From sequence record DRR378314_1973: a stretch of DNA of 52,911 nt; one strand, written 5' to 3'. The notes under the pieces were generated by a model. The model saw nothing but the letters and a program-made list of their open reading frames with translations. It did not search any database and was not told the origin of the DNA. Of the stretch, positions 9,620 through 20,124 are shown piece by piece. Each line of letters opens with the position of its first letter. Within the stretch, counting starts at the first letter, position 1. Position numbers and translations under genes: made by a program.

Positions 9620-12577
9620 TTAGTCACACTTTGCCATTTCGGCATAAGAAGTCGAACGCGCCTGAGAAATACTGGCGATACGACTGTCTTTAACAAACTG
9701 AGGGCGATTATCTGATGAAGCTACAGGCAGAGCCTTAAAGGCTTCTTTGCGTTCTTCAGCTGTTGCCTTTGTCATTGCAGAAAATGATGAACCACTTAAT
9801 GAACGGTTAGGTATAACCGCTTCGGTTTTCATTTGCTTGCGTTTTTGCCCCGCAGCCCGTTGATGACGAGGAGAGCGGCGAGAGCGATCTCTGCTTTTCT
9901 TCTCTTCAGCCTTAGGCTCTGGCTTTTCTTCAACAGTGTCTTCTGTCTCAGTTGGCTTTGCAGGCTCTTCAGCGGTTTCAGAGCTATTACTTTGCTCTTC
10001 TTTAGCTGGTTCTGGCACGGCTTCACTGGCTTGCTCAACTGATGTTTCTGCTTTGTCATCAGATGCGACTTCTGGCTGAGCTTCAGGTTTAGTTGTGTCC
10101 GGCGTTTGCACTGTTTCGCCTGTACTGGTTTCAGTTTGTTGAGTTGCTTGAGTGTCCGCTTGAGGTGCTTTCTCTTCGGTACTCTCATCAACACTCTTCT
10201 CTGCGCTCTTCTCTTCACTCTGTTCTGCCGGAGTCGCAGATTGAGTCTGATTTTGTACTAATTCAGCAGCTGCCTGCATACGCGGATCCAGCACCTTATC
10301 AGAAATTGCTTTATTCTCGCTCTTGTCAGAACCCGATTGCTTTGCAGGTTTCTCTTTAGCCTGGGTTGGCTTCTGAGTATCTGCACCATCAGTCGACGCA
10401 TCAACAGCCTTTTGAGCTGGCTGCGTTGGTTCTTTAGCTTCTACTGAATCGCCAGTCGATGAAACGCGAACGGATTTTTCAATCGGCTTACGTTGACGAC
10501 GAGGTTTATCCTGAACAGCTTTAGCCTCTTTTGGCTTTTCTGCTTCAGCCGGGCTATCAACTTGCTCGTTCTTAGCCGCTTCTGGTTTTGGCTGCTGCTG
10601 ATTTTTATTGCTGCGGCCACGACGTCTGCGATCGTTACGGTTGCGACTATTACGGTTACCTGCGTCATCGCGAGATTCCGTTGATTTATCTTCTGTAGCT
10701 GCAGAGGTGTTTTCTTTACTGGCTTCCTTGTCCTTACCCGCTGACTGGTTGCGGCCTCGCTGCTGGCGGTTTCCTGAGCGGCGATTACGGCCACGACGTT
10801 GCTGATTCCGCTGGTTCTGAGCATTGCGTTCTTTTTCTTTCTCAGCTTCAGCCTGTTTCTGTGCTTCATCTGAACCAAATAAGCCAGAGAACCAGGTCGC
10901 TAAACGACTCAACAAGGATGGTTGAGCTGCTTTTTTCTCTTCAACTTTAGGAGCCGGTGCTGGCGTAGGAGCTGCACTCGGTGCCTGAAGGCCTTTTAGC
11001 GCAGGCTCTTCAAATTTTGCTTTATCCTGAGTCAAAGTAATAGAAACCGTAGATTCAGTTTGCTCTGGTTTTTGCACTAACTCAAAACTGGCTGACTCCG
11101 GAACTTCGTCATCACGAATACGTAACACTTCAAAGTGAGGCGTTTCCATATGGTGATTCGGGATAATAACGATTTTTACGTTATGACGCTTTTCAATATG
11201 ATTTACGGATTGACGCTTTTCATTGAGCAAATAAGTTGCGACATCGACCGGAACCTGAGCATGCACCTGAATGGTGTTGTCTTTTATGGCTTCTTCTTCA
11301 ATCAAACGCAAGATTGATAGAGCTAAAGAGTCGCTCGAGCGTATGGTTCCCTGGCCATTACAGCGAGGGCAAACATTGTTTGCTGATTCGCCCAGCGAAG
11401 GACGTAAACGCTGACGAGACATTTCCATCAAGCCAAAGCGCGAAATGCGGGCCACCTGAATACGCGCTCTGTCCTGAGATAAGCTATCGCGTAAACGGTT
11501 TTCAACATCACGTTGATGGCGGGCAGGGGTCATATCGATAAAGTCGATAACCACTAAGCCGCCAACGTCGCGTAAACGCAATTGACGTGCTATTTCTTCC
11601 GCTGCTTCAAGGTTGGTCTGCAATGCCGTTTCTTCAATATCGCCACCTTTAGTTGCACGTGACGAGTTAATGTCGATGGATGTCAGTGCTTCGGTTGGGT
11701 CGATAACAATTGAACCACCTGACGGAAGGCGGACTTCACGTTGGAATGCAGATTCAATTTGGCTTTCAATCTGGTAGTGACTGAAAAGCGGGACATCGCC
11801 TTCGTATTGTTTTACGCGTTGTAAAAAGTCCGGACGAATAAGCTGTATATGACTACGAACTTGCTCGTAAACTTTCGGGCTATCGATGAGAACTTCACCA
11901 ATATCACGGCGCAGGTAATCGCGTAAGGCACGGAAAATAACGTTGCTTTCCTGATGAATAAGGAAAGGAGCAGGGCGCTCGTCTGCAGCTTTGCTGATGG
12001 CTTCCCAATGGTTAAGCAGAACATTCAAGTCCCACTCGAGCTCTTCTTTTGACTTGCCAACACCCGCGGTACGGACAATCAGTCCCATTTCTTTCGGAAC
12101 ATTGAGATCAGAGAGGGCTTCTTTTAGTGCTGAGCGTTCATCGCCTTCAATACGGCGAGAGATACCACCAGCTCGGGGGTTATTCGGCATGAGCACCAAA
12201 TAGCTGCCAGCCAGAGAAACAAAGGTAGTTAAGGCGGCACCTTTTTGGCCTCGCTCTTCTTTGTCTATCTGAACAATAACTTCCTGGCCTTCTTTAACCA
12301 CATCTTTGATGTTGGGACGACCCTGGAAGGTATAACCTTGCGGGAAATAGGTTTTAGCTATTTCTTTAAGAGGAAGGAAGCCGTGGCGTTCTGCACCATA
12401 ATCGACAAAGGCAGCTTCGAGACTTGGCTCTATACGCGTGATTTTGCCTTTATATATGTTTGCTTTTTTCTGTTCGTGACCAGGGCTTTCAATATCTAAA
12501 TCGTAAAGGCGCTGGCCGTCAACCAGCGCAACACGCAACTCTTCTAATTGCGTGGCATTAATTAGCATTCTTTTCAT
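9620..12577 (-). CDS. rne: Ribonuclease E
   Basis: [39 protein letters not shown] zinc link, membrane-targeting helix [15 protein letters not shown], disordered C-terminal half. Confidence 0.98.
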   Translation of the reverse strand: MKRMLINATQLEELRVALVDGQRLYDLDIESPGHEQKKANIYKGKITRIEPSLEAAFVDYGAERHGFLPLKEIAKTYFPQGYTFQGRPNIKDVVKEGQEVIVQIDKEERGQKGAALTTFVSLAGSYLVLMPNNPRAGGISRRIEGDERSALKEALSDLNVPKEMGLIVRTAGVGKSKEELEWDLNVLLNHWEAISKAADERPAPFLIHQESNVIFRALRDYLRRDIGEVLIDSPKVYEQVRSHIQLIRPDFLQRVKQYEGDVPLFSHYQIESQIESAFQREVRLPSGGSIVIDPTEALTSIDINSSRATKGGDIEETALQTNLEAAEEIARQLRLRDVGGLVVIDFIDMTPARHQRDVENRLRDSLSQDRARIQVARISRFGLMEMSRQRLRPSLGESANNVCPRCNGQGTIRSSDSLALSILRLIEEEAIKDNTIQVHAQVPVDVATYLLNEKRQSVNHIEKRHNVKIVIIPNHHMETPHFEVLRIRDDEVPESASFELVQKPEQTESTVSITLTQDKAKFEEPALKGLQAPSAAPTPAPAPKVEEKKAAQPSLLSRLATWFSGLFGSDEAQKQAEAEKEKERNAQNQRNQQRRGRNRRSGNRQQRGRNQSAGKDKEASKENTSAATEDKSTESRDDAGNRNSRNRNDRRRRGRSNKNQQQPKPEAAKNEQVDSPAEAEKPKEAKAVQDKPRRQRKPIEKSVRVSSTGDSVEAKEPTQPAQKAVDASTDGADTQKPTQAKEKPAKQSGSDKSENKAISDKVLDPRMQAAAELVQNQTQSATPAEQSEEKSAEKSVDESTEEKAPQADTQATQQTETSTGETVQTPDTTKPEAQPEVASDDKAETSVEQASEAVPEPAKEEQSNSSETAEEPAKPTETEDTVEEKPEPKAEEKKSRDRSRRSPRHQRAAGQKRKQMKTEAVIPNRSLSGSSFSAMTKATAEERKEAFKALPVASSDNRPQFVKDSRIASISQARSTSYAEMAKCD

Positions 12578-12985
12578 TACTGTGACTCAATTCTTTGGGC
12601 CACAATATGACACGCCCCAATGGCGATCGTGCAATTATCGAATTCGTCTGTCGCTGCAGGCCCTTTGGGACCTGCGTTACCCGTCATCTACAACGTGTAA
12701 CTAAAATGAGTTTGACTGTGCCGATAACACCAACTGTTCGGTGTCATATTGTCGCTAAATTTTACGTCTGCAATCGATTATGAAACAAAGCGTATTCAAT
12801 GTGCTGTGTTCTTCTCCGTGCCATCAACATCTCGGCTAGTCACTTCATTAGACTTTAAAACCGTACGCTGATGTGGATAATGCGTCGCTCTGTTATTTCG
12901 ATTGCGCGAAATATATTCTTCGTCTGCCATCTTCGATGGACTTTGACACTTAATTATTCCATGAAAACCACTGAAAATACAAGCA
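12578..12985 (-). promoter_or_regulatory. rne promoter and long (~365 nt) 5' UTR, probably autoregulatory
   Basis: The minus strand reads CTTGTATTTTCAGTGGTTTTCATGGAATAATT (-10-like AATAAT at 12958-12953). This implies a leader similar in length to the 361-nt E. coli rne UTR. No credible ORF lies in the interval. Confidence 0.6.
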
Positions 12986-13014
12986 ACAATTTCGCTGTTG
13001 AATCTTGTAGATGA

Positions 13015-13029
13015 TGGTAAAATAGCGGC
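13015..13029 (+). promoter_or_regulatory. Extended -10 promoter of rluC (TGGTAAAAT) 6 nt before the start codon
   Basis: TG-G-TAAAAT at 13015-13023, then AGCGGC and ATG at 13030. No SD. Confidence 0.6.
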
Positions 13030-13977
13030 ATGAAAACAATTCAACAAGAAGTACGCTGGCATACTGTCTCTGCAGAAGAGTCAGGGCAGCGAATAGATAA
13101 CTTTCTCATTGCGCAATTACGCGGTGTACCTAAGTCTTTGGTGTACCGAATTGTTCGTAAAGGTGAAGTGCGAGCGAATAAAAAGCGGATAAAACCGGAC
13201 TATAAGTTAAAGGAAGGTGACCTCATTCGCATTCCTCCGGTAAAAGTGAGTGAAAGGCCTGACCTTCCGTCTGCTAATTTAGAGCAGGTTGCAGCTCTGG
13301 AGCACGCGATCCTCTATGAAGATGACGCTTTGATGTTAATTAATAAACCATCAGGAGTCGCCGTACATGGCGGTTCCGGGTTGCAGTTCGGTCTTATTGA
13401 AGGCTTAAGAGCGCTGCGGCCAAAAGAGAAAAGCTTAGAGCTGGTTCACCGAATAGACCGCGACACCAGTGGCTTGTTGCTGGTTGCTAAAAAACGTTCA
13501 GTGCTGAGAAGTTTGCATGAACAGTTGCGTAACAAAGAAATGAATAAGCAATATCTGGCGTTGGTTCGCGGTCAATGGCAAAAACGGGTTCGCAGTGTTG
13601 AGGCGCCGTTAAAAAAGAACACCTTAAAATCTGGCGAGAGAATTGTACGCGTTGATGCAGAAGGCAAAGCCTCTTTGACGCGTTTCAGAATTCAGCAAAG
13701 GTATAAGGAAGGGACATTAGTTGAAGCGTCGCCAGTTACCGGCCGCACCCATCAAATTCGTGTTCACGCGTTACACGCCGGTCATCCTATAGCGAAAGAT
13801 CCTAAGTACGGTGATACAGATTTCGATAACACTATGTCTAGGCTTGGGTTAAACCGACTGTTTTTGCACGCCTGGCAGCTGCGTTTTCTGCATCCTGTTA
13901 CAGGAAAAGAAGTGGCTTTTGAAGCCCCTCTGGATGACAACTTACAGCAAACGTTAAAGCAGCTGACGGCACAATAA
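13030..13977 (+). CDS. rluC: 23S rRNA pseudouridine 955/2504/2580 synthase
   Basis: GQRIDNFL S4 domain, NKPSGVAVHGGSG, LVHRIDRDTSG, TGRTHQIRVH. Divergent from rne. Confidence 0.96.
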   Translation: MKTIQQEVRWHTVSAEESGQRIDNFLIAQLRGVPKSLVYRIVRKGEVRANKKRIKPDYKLKEGDLIRIPPVKVSERPDLPSANLEQVAALEHAILYEDDALMLINKPSGVAVHGGSGLQFGLIEGLRALRPKEKSLELVHRIDRDTSGLLLVAKKRSVLRSLHEQLRNKEMNKQYLALVRGQWQKRVRSVEAPLKKNTLKSGERIVRVDAEGKASLTRFRIQQRYKEGTLVEASPVTGRTHQIRVHALHAGHPIAKDPKYGDTDFDNTMSRLGLNRLFLHAWQLRFLHPVTGKEVAFEAPLDDNLQQTLKQLTAQ

Positions 13978-13992
13978 TAAGGACAGCTTATA

Positions 13993-14655
13993 ATGATGTA
14001 CGATAAGCGACTTGTGGTGTTTGACTGGGACGGCACTTTAATGGACTCCATTGGCCGAATTGTGTCATCTATGCAAAATACAGCGCAGCATACGGGGTTA
14101 CCCGTTCCGACCGAGGTTTCAGTCAGAGATATTATTGGTTTAAGCCTTGAACCTGCAATAGAGAAACTGTTCGGCGTGCTTAACGCGGCACAACTGAATA
14201 ATTTTTTGACTCAGTATCGTGATGAATATGTCGACTTGAATACAACGCCGTCGCCATTATTTCACGATGCAAAAGCGATGCTTTCTCAGTTATCCAGTGC
14301 CGGTTATCGTTTGGCCGTTGCGACGGGCAAGGCTCGGCGTGGATTGCAACGAGTCTGGGCGGAAAGTGAAACCGAACATTACTTTGATACTTCGCGGTGC
14401 GCCAGTGAAACTAAAGGTAAGCCTGACCCCCAGATGCTTTATGAAATTATGAATGAACTTAAAACTCAGCCTGAACACACCCTAATGGTTGGAGACTCTG
14501 TTCACGATATGAAAATGGCGGTTGCCGCTGGTGTACAGGCAATTGGTGTAAGCTTTGGCGTGCATGACGCTGAACGTTTACGCGAAGCCGGTGCTACAAT
14601 AGTGGTCGATTCGCTTTCAGAACTCAGCAATAAACTTGTCAGGGAGACATTATGA
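13993..14655 (+). CDS. HAD-IA family hydrolase (phosphoglycolate phosphatase-like)
   Basis: VVFDWDGTLMDS, AVATGK, KPDP, MVGDSVHD. Confidence 0.88.
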   Translation: MMYDKRLVVFDWDGTLMDSIGRIVSSMQNTAQHTGLPVPTEVSVRDIIGLSLEPAIEKLFGVLNAAQLNNFLTQYRDEYVDLNTTPSPLFHDAKAMLSQLSSAGYRLAVATGKARRGLQRVWAESETEHYFDTSRCASETKGKPDPQMLYEIMNELKTQPEHTLMVGDSVHDMKMAVAAGVQAIGVSFGVHDAERLREAGATIVVDSLSELSNKLVRETL

Positions 14656-15248
14656 CGTTGCCATTAATTCTGGGATCAGGTTCTAAGTACCGTCGCGAAA
14701 TTTTAGATAGACTGCACTTGAACTACGATGTTGTGAAGCCGGACATCGATGAGAGTGCGATTAGCTCAGAAAGCCCACAACAGTTAGTGGGGCGTTTAGC
14801 AGAAGCAAAAGCCCGGGCAGTTGAAAAGAGAATGACTTACGATAACGCTATTATTATTGGTTCCGACCAGGTTGCTGTTTGTGATGGCAATATTCTAGGT
14901 AAACCCGGCAACCATGAAAATGCGGTGCGACAATTGTCCAGCTTTATTGGCAAAACGGTAACCTTTTATACTGGGCTGGCTGTTTTTAATACAGAGGCTC
15001 AACAATGCGAAGTAAGAGTAGAGCCGTTTGAAGTTGAGTTTCGTCAATTGACTGCCGAAGAAATAGAACGTTACGTTGAACTTGAAAACCCCTTTGATTG
15101 TGCCGGCAGCTTCAAAAGCGAAGGGCTGGGAATCAGTTTGTTTAGTGGTTTAAAAGGCAACGACCCCAATACACTCATCGGGTTACCAGCTATCGCTTTA
15201 CTGGATATGTTGAGAACTCACGGAATTAACCCTCTAAATAAGGATTAA
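14652..15248 (+). CDS. yceF: Maf family nucleotide pyrophosphatase (YceF subtype)
   Basis: LILGSGSKYRREIL, PDIDE, IIGSDQV, ILGKP, CAGSFKSEGLGISLF, DPNTLIGLP. Confidence 0.88.
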   Translation: MTLPLILGSGSKYRREILDRLHLNYDVVKPDIDESAISSESPQQLVGRLAEAKARAVEKRMTYDNAIIIGSDQVAVCDGNILGKPGNHENAVRQLSSFIGKTVTFYTGLAVFNTEAQQCEVRVEPFEVEFRQLTAEEIERYVELENPFDCAGSFKSEGLGISLFSGLKGNDPNTLIGLPAIALLDMLRTHGINPLNKD

Positions 15249-15261
15249 CGACAGATTTCCC

Positions 15262-15299
15262 TTGTCAGTAAAGCGGAACTTCGTTAACATTCGCGCGCT
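15262..15299 (+). promoter_or_regulatory. sigma70 promoter of yceD-rpmF with GC-rich discriminator
   Basis: TTGTCA (15262-15267), 17 nt, TAACAT (15285-15290), TCGCGCGCT, then ATG. Confidence 0.65.
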
Positions 15300-15827
15300 A
15301 TGCAAAAAGTTCGTATTCCCGTAACAGTAGACCCAGTCAAAAGTGCCAACAAGAAAGTGGCATATGATGGGGTTGTGCCTGGAAAAACATTAACAAGACT
15401 TCAGGAAAGTTTGGTAGAACCTTGCCCCGATCCTGAGGCCAGTGTTGAGTTTGGAATTGATGAGCAGGGCATTAGTTATTTTACAGGGAAAGCAAAAGTT
15501 GCTGTAAAAGTACTTTGTGAACGCTGTAATACGCCCCTGGATGTTGATATTCTCGCGCAATTTGCGTATGCTCCTGTCACTAAGCGACAGGTGGCAGATG
15601 ACTTTCCCGATAGCTACGAAGCTATTGAGGTAAATGACTTTGGAGAAGTTAACCTGCATGGGCTTGTTGAAGACGAATTAATTCTGGCTATGCCAATAGT
15701 TCCTAAGCACGACGCTAAGGCATGTCAGGTGGATCGTGATGCGATGACGTGGGGCGAAATTGACGAATCAGCTGCTGAAGAGTCTGAGAACCCGTTTGCC
15801 GTATTGCAAGAATTGAAGCGTAAATAA
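15300..15827 (+). CDS. yceD: 23S rRNA accumulation protein YceD (DUF177)
   Basis: MQKVRIPVTVDP, CERC, LVEDELILAMPIVPKH, ENPFAVL. Lies upstream of rpmF. Confidence 0.93.
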   Translation: MQKVRIPVTVDPVKSANKKVAYDGVVPGKTLTRLQESLVEPCPDPEASVEFGIDEQGISYFTGKAKVAVKVLCERCNTPLDVDILAQFAYAPVTKRQVADDFPDSYEAIEVNDFGEVNLHGLVEDELILAMPIVPKHDAKACQVDRDAMTWGEIDESAAEESENPFAVLQELKRK

Positions 15828-15843
15828 TCAGGAGATAGCGTAA

Positions 15844-16014
15844 ATGGCTGTTCAAAAAAGTAAGAAAAGTCGTTCAAGACGCGACATGCGTCGTTCACAC
15901 GATGCAATAGACGGCCCAACACTGTCGGTTGACTCAACTACGGGTGAGACGCATCGTCGTCACCACGTAACAGCCGACGGTTATTACAAGGGTCGTAAGG
16001 TCGTTAACAAGTAA
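15844..16014 (+). CDS. rpmF: 50S ribosomal protein L32 (absent from the ORF track, 56 aa)
   Basis: Hand translation: [63 protein letters not shown] upstream. Confidence 0.97.
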   Translation: MAVQKSKKSRSRRDMRRSHDAIDGPTLSVDSTTGETHRRHHVTADGYYKGRKVVNK

Positions 16015-16022
16015 GACAGGCC

Positions 16023-17048
16023 ATGCCTGAACTGAACATAGCGATTGATGCAATGGGGGGCGATAACGGCCCCTCTATTGTTATAGAAGCCCTGGAAAAA
16101 GCGGTTCATCGGTATCCCGATGTTAAATTCACCGTTGTCGGGCATGAGCAACAACTCACCCCGTTACTCGATAAATTCAATTTAAGCTCGCATCCTTCCA
16201 TAAATCTTGTTCATGCAGAACAAGTTATCGAAATGGATGATAAACCGGGCCAGTCTCTGCGTAGTAAACCTGAGTCCTCCATGCGCGTTGCGCTGCAAAG
16301 CCTAACCGACGGTAATTGTCAGGCAATGGTAAGCGGTGGCAATACTGGCGCGTTGATGACTAATGCTTACTTTACACTTAAAACGCTTCCTGGCGTGTTG
16401 CGCCCGGCGTTGATGACGGCTTTGCCGAATCAAACCGGCGGAAAATCTTATTTGCTTGATTTAGGTGCTAATGCCAGCTGTGATTCAGAAACCTTGTTTC
16501 AGTTTGGTGTTATGGGTGCTGTGGCCGCTGAATATTTATCGGGTGTGCCAGCTCCTAAAATTAGCCTGTTAAATATGGGTGAAGAAGACATCAAAGGTAA
16601 TGATGTTGTGCGCAATGCAGCGGCCAGACTCGCTCAATGTGAGCAGCTAAACTACATTGGTTTTATCGAAGGTAATCATTTATTTAGTGGCAGAGCTGAT
16701 GTTGTGGTTTGTGATGGTTTTGTCGGTAATGTTGCACTTAAAAGCTGCGAAGGTCTGGCAACATTCATTATCGATCAAATGCGGGACACACTAAACTCGC
16801 ACTGGCTTTATCGTTTTTTCTTTCGTTTTTTACAAAAACGGACGCACAAGTCCTGGGATAGGCTGAAGCCCGACCACTACAATGGTGCGAGTCTGATAGG
16901 ATTGCGCCATGTCGTGATAAAAAGTCACGGTAGCGCTAGCGCCGGCGCTTTTTATAGTGCAATTCAACAAGCCGTCGCAGAAGCGCATGAACAGCTTCCT
17001 GAGCGAATTAAACATCGTGTCGAAGCAGTCTTATCAGAACAGCTGTAA
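16023..17048 (+). CDS. plsX: Phosphate acyltransferase
   Basis: [40 protein letters not shown]. Confidence 0.95.
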   Translation: MPELNIAIDAMGGDNGPSIVIEALEKAVHRYPDVKFTVVGHEQQLTPLLDKFNLSSHPSINLVHAEQVIEMDDKPGQSLRSKPESSMRVALQSLTDGNCQAMVSGGNTGALMTNAYFTLKTLPGVLRPALMTALPNQTGGKSYLLDLGANASCDSETLFQFGVMGAVAAEYLSGVPAPKISLLNMGEEDIKGNDVVRNAAARLAQCEQLNYIGFIEGNHLFSGRADVVVCDGFVGNVALKSCEGLATFIIDQMRDTLNSHWLYRFFFRFLQKRTHKSWDRLKPDHYNGASLIGLRHVVIKSHGSASAGAFYSAIQQAVAEAHEQLPERIKHRVEAVLSEQL

Positions 17049-17064
17049 TCAGTTAAGTAGCGCT

Positions 17065-18027
17065 ATGACTTATGCAAAAATTGTTGGTACCGGGCACTAT
17101 CTGCCCGAGCAACGGCTTACTAATGAAGAACTCTCCCAGCGGGTTGATACGTCTGACGAATGGATAACAGAAAGAACCGGTATTAAAGAACGGCGTATTG
17201 CGGCGCCTAATGAAACCGCAGCGACTGTAGGTTATGAAGCGGCAAAAAAAGCACTGGCTGCCGCCGGTTTAAGCCCCCGCGATATCGATATGATTGTGGT
17301 GGCGACCACATCGGCCGAGCACGCTTTTCCTAGTGCGGCCTGTGAAATTCAACGAATGCTGGGCGTCACATCTATTCCGGCTTTCGACGTTGGAGCAGCA
17401 TGCTCTGGCTTTATTTATGCGCTTTCTGTCGCTGACCAATTTATTAAAAGCGGGCAACATCAACGTGTTCTGGTTATTGGTACTGATGTATTGGCGCGTT
17501 TATGTGATCCTAATGATCGCAATACCGTGGTGCTTTTTGGTGATGGTGGCGGAGCCGTTGTCCTGGAACAAAGTGACACTCCCGGAATTATCTCCACTCA
17601 TCTATTTAGTGCAGGCGAATACAGTCACTTATTAGGAGCCAAACAAGCCTCCAGAGCGTCAGACCGCGGCACAGAGAACGCCTGGATGTACATGAAAGGT
17701 AACGAAGTTTTTAAAGTTGCGGTTTCAAAACTCAGTAGTTTAGTGACCGAAACTTTAGCGGAGAATCAATTACAGGCGCATGATTTAGACTGGTTGATTC
17801 CGCATCAGGCAAATTTACGTATTATTAATGCAACAGCGAAAAAATTACAGATGCCGATGGAGCGCGTGGTAATTACTCTGGACGCAACAGGGAATACTTC
17901 TGCGGCATCGGTACCAATTGCACTTGATTGGGCGGTTAAGGACGGACGTATTAAGCGTGGTCAGAAACTCTTGCTAGAGGCTTTTGGCGGCGGTTTTGCA
18001 TGGGGTTCGGCGCTCGTTCAATATTAA
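17065..18027 (+). CDS. fabH: Beta-ketoacyl-ACP synthase III
   Basis: [48 protein letters not shown]. Start moved to ATG 17065. Confidence 0.96.
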   Translation: MTYAKIVGTGHYLPEQRLTNEELSQRVDTSDEWITERTGIKERRIAAPNETAATVGYEAAKKALAAAGLSPRDIDMIVVATTSAEHAFPSAACEIQRMLGVTSIPAFDVGAACSGFIYALSVADQFIKSGQHQRVLVIGTDVLARLCDPNDRNTVVLFGDGGGAVVLEQSDTPGIISTHLFSAGEYSHLLGAKQASRASDRGTENAWMYMKGNEVFKVAVSKLSSLVTETLAENQLQAHDLDWLIPHQANLRIINATAKKLQMPMERVVITLDATGNTSAASVPIALDWAVKDGRIKRGQKLLLEAFGGGFAWGSALVQY

Positions 18028-18037
18028 GAGGATGATT

Positions 18038-18958
18038 ATGACTAAAACGGCATTGTTATTTCCGGGGCAAGGCTCTCAAAGCGTTGGCATGTTAAGTGAA
18101 TTGTCGAATGATTTTGCATTAGTGAAAGAAACATTCGCAGAGGCCAGCAGTGTTTTGGGTTATGACCTTTGGCAGTTGGTACAACAGGGACCTGAGCAGC
18201 AGTTGAATGAAACGCAACGGACACAGCCTGCGTTATTAACTGCCAGCGTTGCACTATACCGTGTAGCTAAAGAGAAAGGGTTGGCCGACGTTACCGTTAT
18301 GGCCGGGCATAGTCTGGGTGAGTATTCGGCGCTAGTATGTGCCGGAGCATTAGAATTTACTGACGCGGTTAAACTTGTAGCCCTGCGCGGCGAGTTTATG
18401 CAGCAAGCCGTAGCCGAAGGTGAAGGCGCTATGGCCGCGGTTATTGGCCTGGAAGATGCCCAAATTGAAAAAATTTGTTTAGAGCAGGCAGGAGAACAAA
18501 TAGTAACTCCGGTTAATTATAATTCGCCGGGGCAGGTGGTTATAGCAGGACATGCAGACGCCGTAGCTCGCGCTGCAGAAGCTTTAAAGGAAGCCGGAGC
18601 TAAACGGGTTTTGCCATTACCTGTTAGCGTGCCGTCACACTGTGCTTTGATGCAGCCAGCAGCCAGTCAATTGGCCGACGCGTTAAAGTCGATAAAGTTG
18701 AAACAGCCACATACCCCGGTCATTAATAATGTGGACGTTGCAATAGCCGATAGCGAAGATGCCATTAAAGATGCCTTGGTGCGTCAGCTCTATCGCCCTG
18801 TTCGCTGGACTGAAACGATTGAACAGATTGCGAAATTGGATGTCGAAACAGCCTATGAAGTTGGTCCGGGAAAAGTACTGACTGGATTAAACAAGCGTAT
18901 TACTAAGGCTTTTGGTTGTAGTGCGTTGAATACGCTAGACTCTTTGAACTCACTTTAA
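18038..18958 (+). CDS. fabD: Malonyl CoA-ACP transacylase
   Basis: FPGQGSQ, TQPALL, AGHSLGEYSAL, VSVPSH. ATG 18038 follows GAGGA. Confidence 0.96.
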   Translation: MTKTALLFPGQGSQSVGMLSELSNDFALVKETFAEASSVLGYDLWQLVQQGPEQQLNETQRTQPALLTASVALYRVAKEKGLADVTVMAGHSLGEYSALVCAGALEFTDAVKLVALRGEFMQQAVAEGEGAMAAVIGLEDAQIEKICLEQAGEQIVTPVNYNSPGQVVIAGHADAVARAAEALKEAGAKRVLPLPVSVPSHCALMQPAASQLADALKSIKLKQPHTPVINNVDVAIADSEDAIKDALVRQLYRPVRWTETIEQIAKLDVETAYEVGPGKVLTGLNKRITKAFGCSALNTLDSLNSL

Positions 18959-18974
18959 TAAAAAGGTTATTTAC

Positions 18975-19712
18975 GTGCAAAACTTTGAAAATAAAGTCGC
19001 ATTAGTTACAGGCGCAAGCCGGGGAATAGGAAAAGCAATAGCTGAACTGCTTGCTAGTCAGGGAGCGAAAGTTATTGGTACAGCGACCTCTGATAAAGGT
19101 GCAGCTGCAATCTCCGAATATCTTGGTTCAAAAGGCAAGGGCTTGGCGTTGGATGTAACCGATTCTGATAGTCTGCAGCAGGTTATTAAAGAGATTGAAT
19201 CAGAGTACGGTTCTATTGATATTCTGGTGAATAACGCCGGCATTACCCGCGATAACCTGATGATGCGAATGAAAGACGACGAATGGGATGCTGTCTTAAA
19301 CACGAACTTGTCAGCCGTATTTAAAGTTTGTAAGGCGGTTGTACGCGGCATGATGAAGCGCCGTAATGGCCGTATTATTAATATCAGTTCAGTTGTTGGC
19401 ACAACAGGAAACCCGGGGCAGGTTAACTATTGTGCGGCGAAAGCCGGACTGGTTGGTTTCAGTAAGGCAATGGCTAAAGAAGTTGCAGCGCGCGGCATTA
19501 CCGTGAACTGTGTTGCGCCTGGCTTTATTGATACAGATATGACAAAAGCTCTGAATGATGAGCAAAAACAGGCTATTTTTGATAATATTCCGGCAGCACG
19601 TTTAGGCGAGCCAAAGGAAATTGCTGCTGCGGTAGCATTTTTAGCATCAGAAGGTGCAGCTTATATCACTGGTGAAACCATTCACGTTAATGGTGGTATG
19701 GCGATGGTTTAA
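18975..19712 (+). CDS. fabG: 3-oxoacyl-ACP reductase
   Basis: TGASRGIG, NNAGITRDNL, YCAAK, PGFIDTDMT. GTG start. Confidence 0.96.
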   Translation: MQNFENKVALVTGASRGIGKAIAELLASQGAKVIGTATSDKGAAAISEYLGSKGKGLALDVTDSDSLQQVIKEIESEYGSIDILVNNAGITRDNLMMRMKDDEWDAVLNTNLSAVFKVCKAVVRGMMKRRNGRIINISSVVGTTGNPGQVNYCAAKAGLVGFSKAMAKEVAARGITVNCVAPGFIDTDMTKALNDEQKQAIFDNIPAARLGEPKEIAAAVAFLASEGAAYITGETIHVNGGMAMV

Positions 19713-19830
19713 GAGGTTAGCGGTACGACCTCTTAACTTTATGCTATTTTTTACTTTATTAATGAGGCTGGTTTCACTACACTACAGCCAATTTTCACTC
19801 TCGCGATGACTATTGAGGGATTTTATAATC

Positions 19831-20070
19831 ATGAGTACTATTGAAGAACGCGTTAAAAAAATCATTGTTGAACAATTAGGTGTTAAAGAAGAAGAAGTTA
19901 AGCCTGAAGCGTCATTTGAAAATGACCTGGGTGCTGATTCTTTAGACACAGTTGAACTGGTAATGGCTTTGGAAGAAGAATTTGAAACTGAAATTCCAGA
20001 CGAAGAAGCTGAAAAAATTAAAACAGTTCAATCAGCTATCGATTACGTAAATAATCATTCTAACGACTAA
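19831..20070 (+). CDS. acpP: Acyl carrier protein
   Basis: [12 protein letters not shown]...[23 protein letters not shown] 19831. Confidence 0.98.
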   Translation: MSTIEERVKKIIVEQLGVKEEEVKPEASFENDLGADSLDTVELVMALEEEFETEIPDEEAEKIKTVQSAIDYVNNHSND

Positions 20071-20090
20071 TTTGTCGTAGAACGTGATAT

Positions 20091-20121
20091 AAAAGGCGGA
20101 GCCATTGGTTCCGCCTTTTTT
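20091..20121 (+). terminator. Rho-independent terminator after acpP
   Basis: AAAAGGCGGAGCC-att-GGTTCCGCCTTTTTT. Confidence 0.85.
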
Positions 20122-20124
20122 GTT

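Noticed and set aside
9829..10878. Several overlapping alternative-frame ORFs (up to 145 aa) within the rne C-terminal region
   Set aside because: They arise from the low-complexity Glu/Ala/Lys/Gln codon usage of the disordered RNase E tail. No RBS or family motifs.
12595..13062. 62-aa and 88-aa ORFs in the rne-rluC intergenic region
   Set aside because: No SD or recognisable motifs. The region is better explained as the rne leader and divergent promoters.
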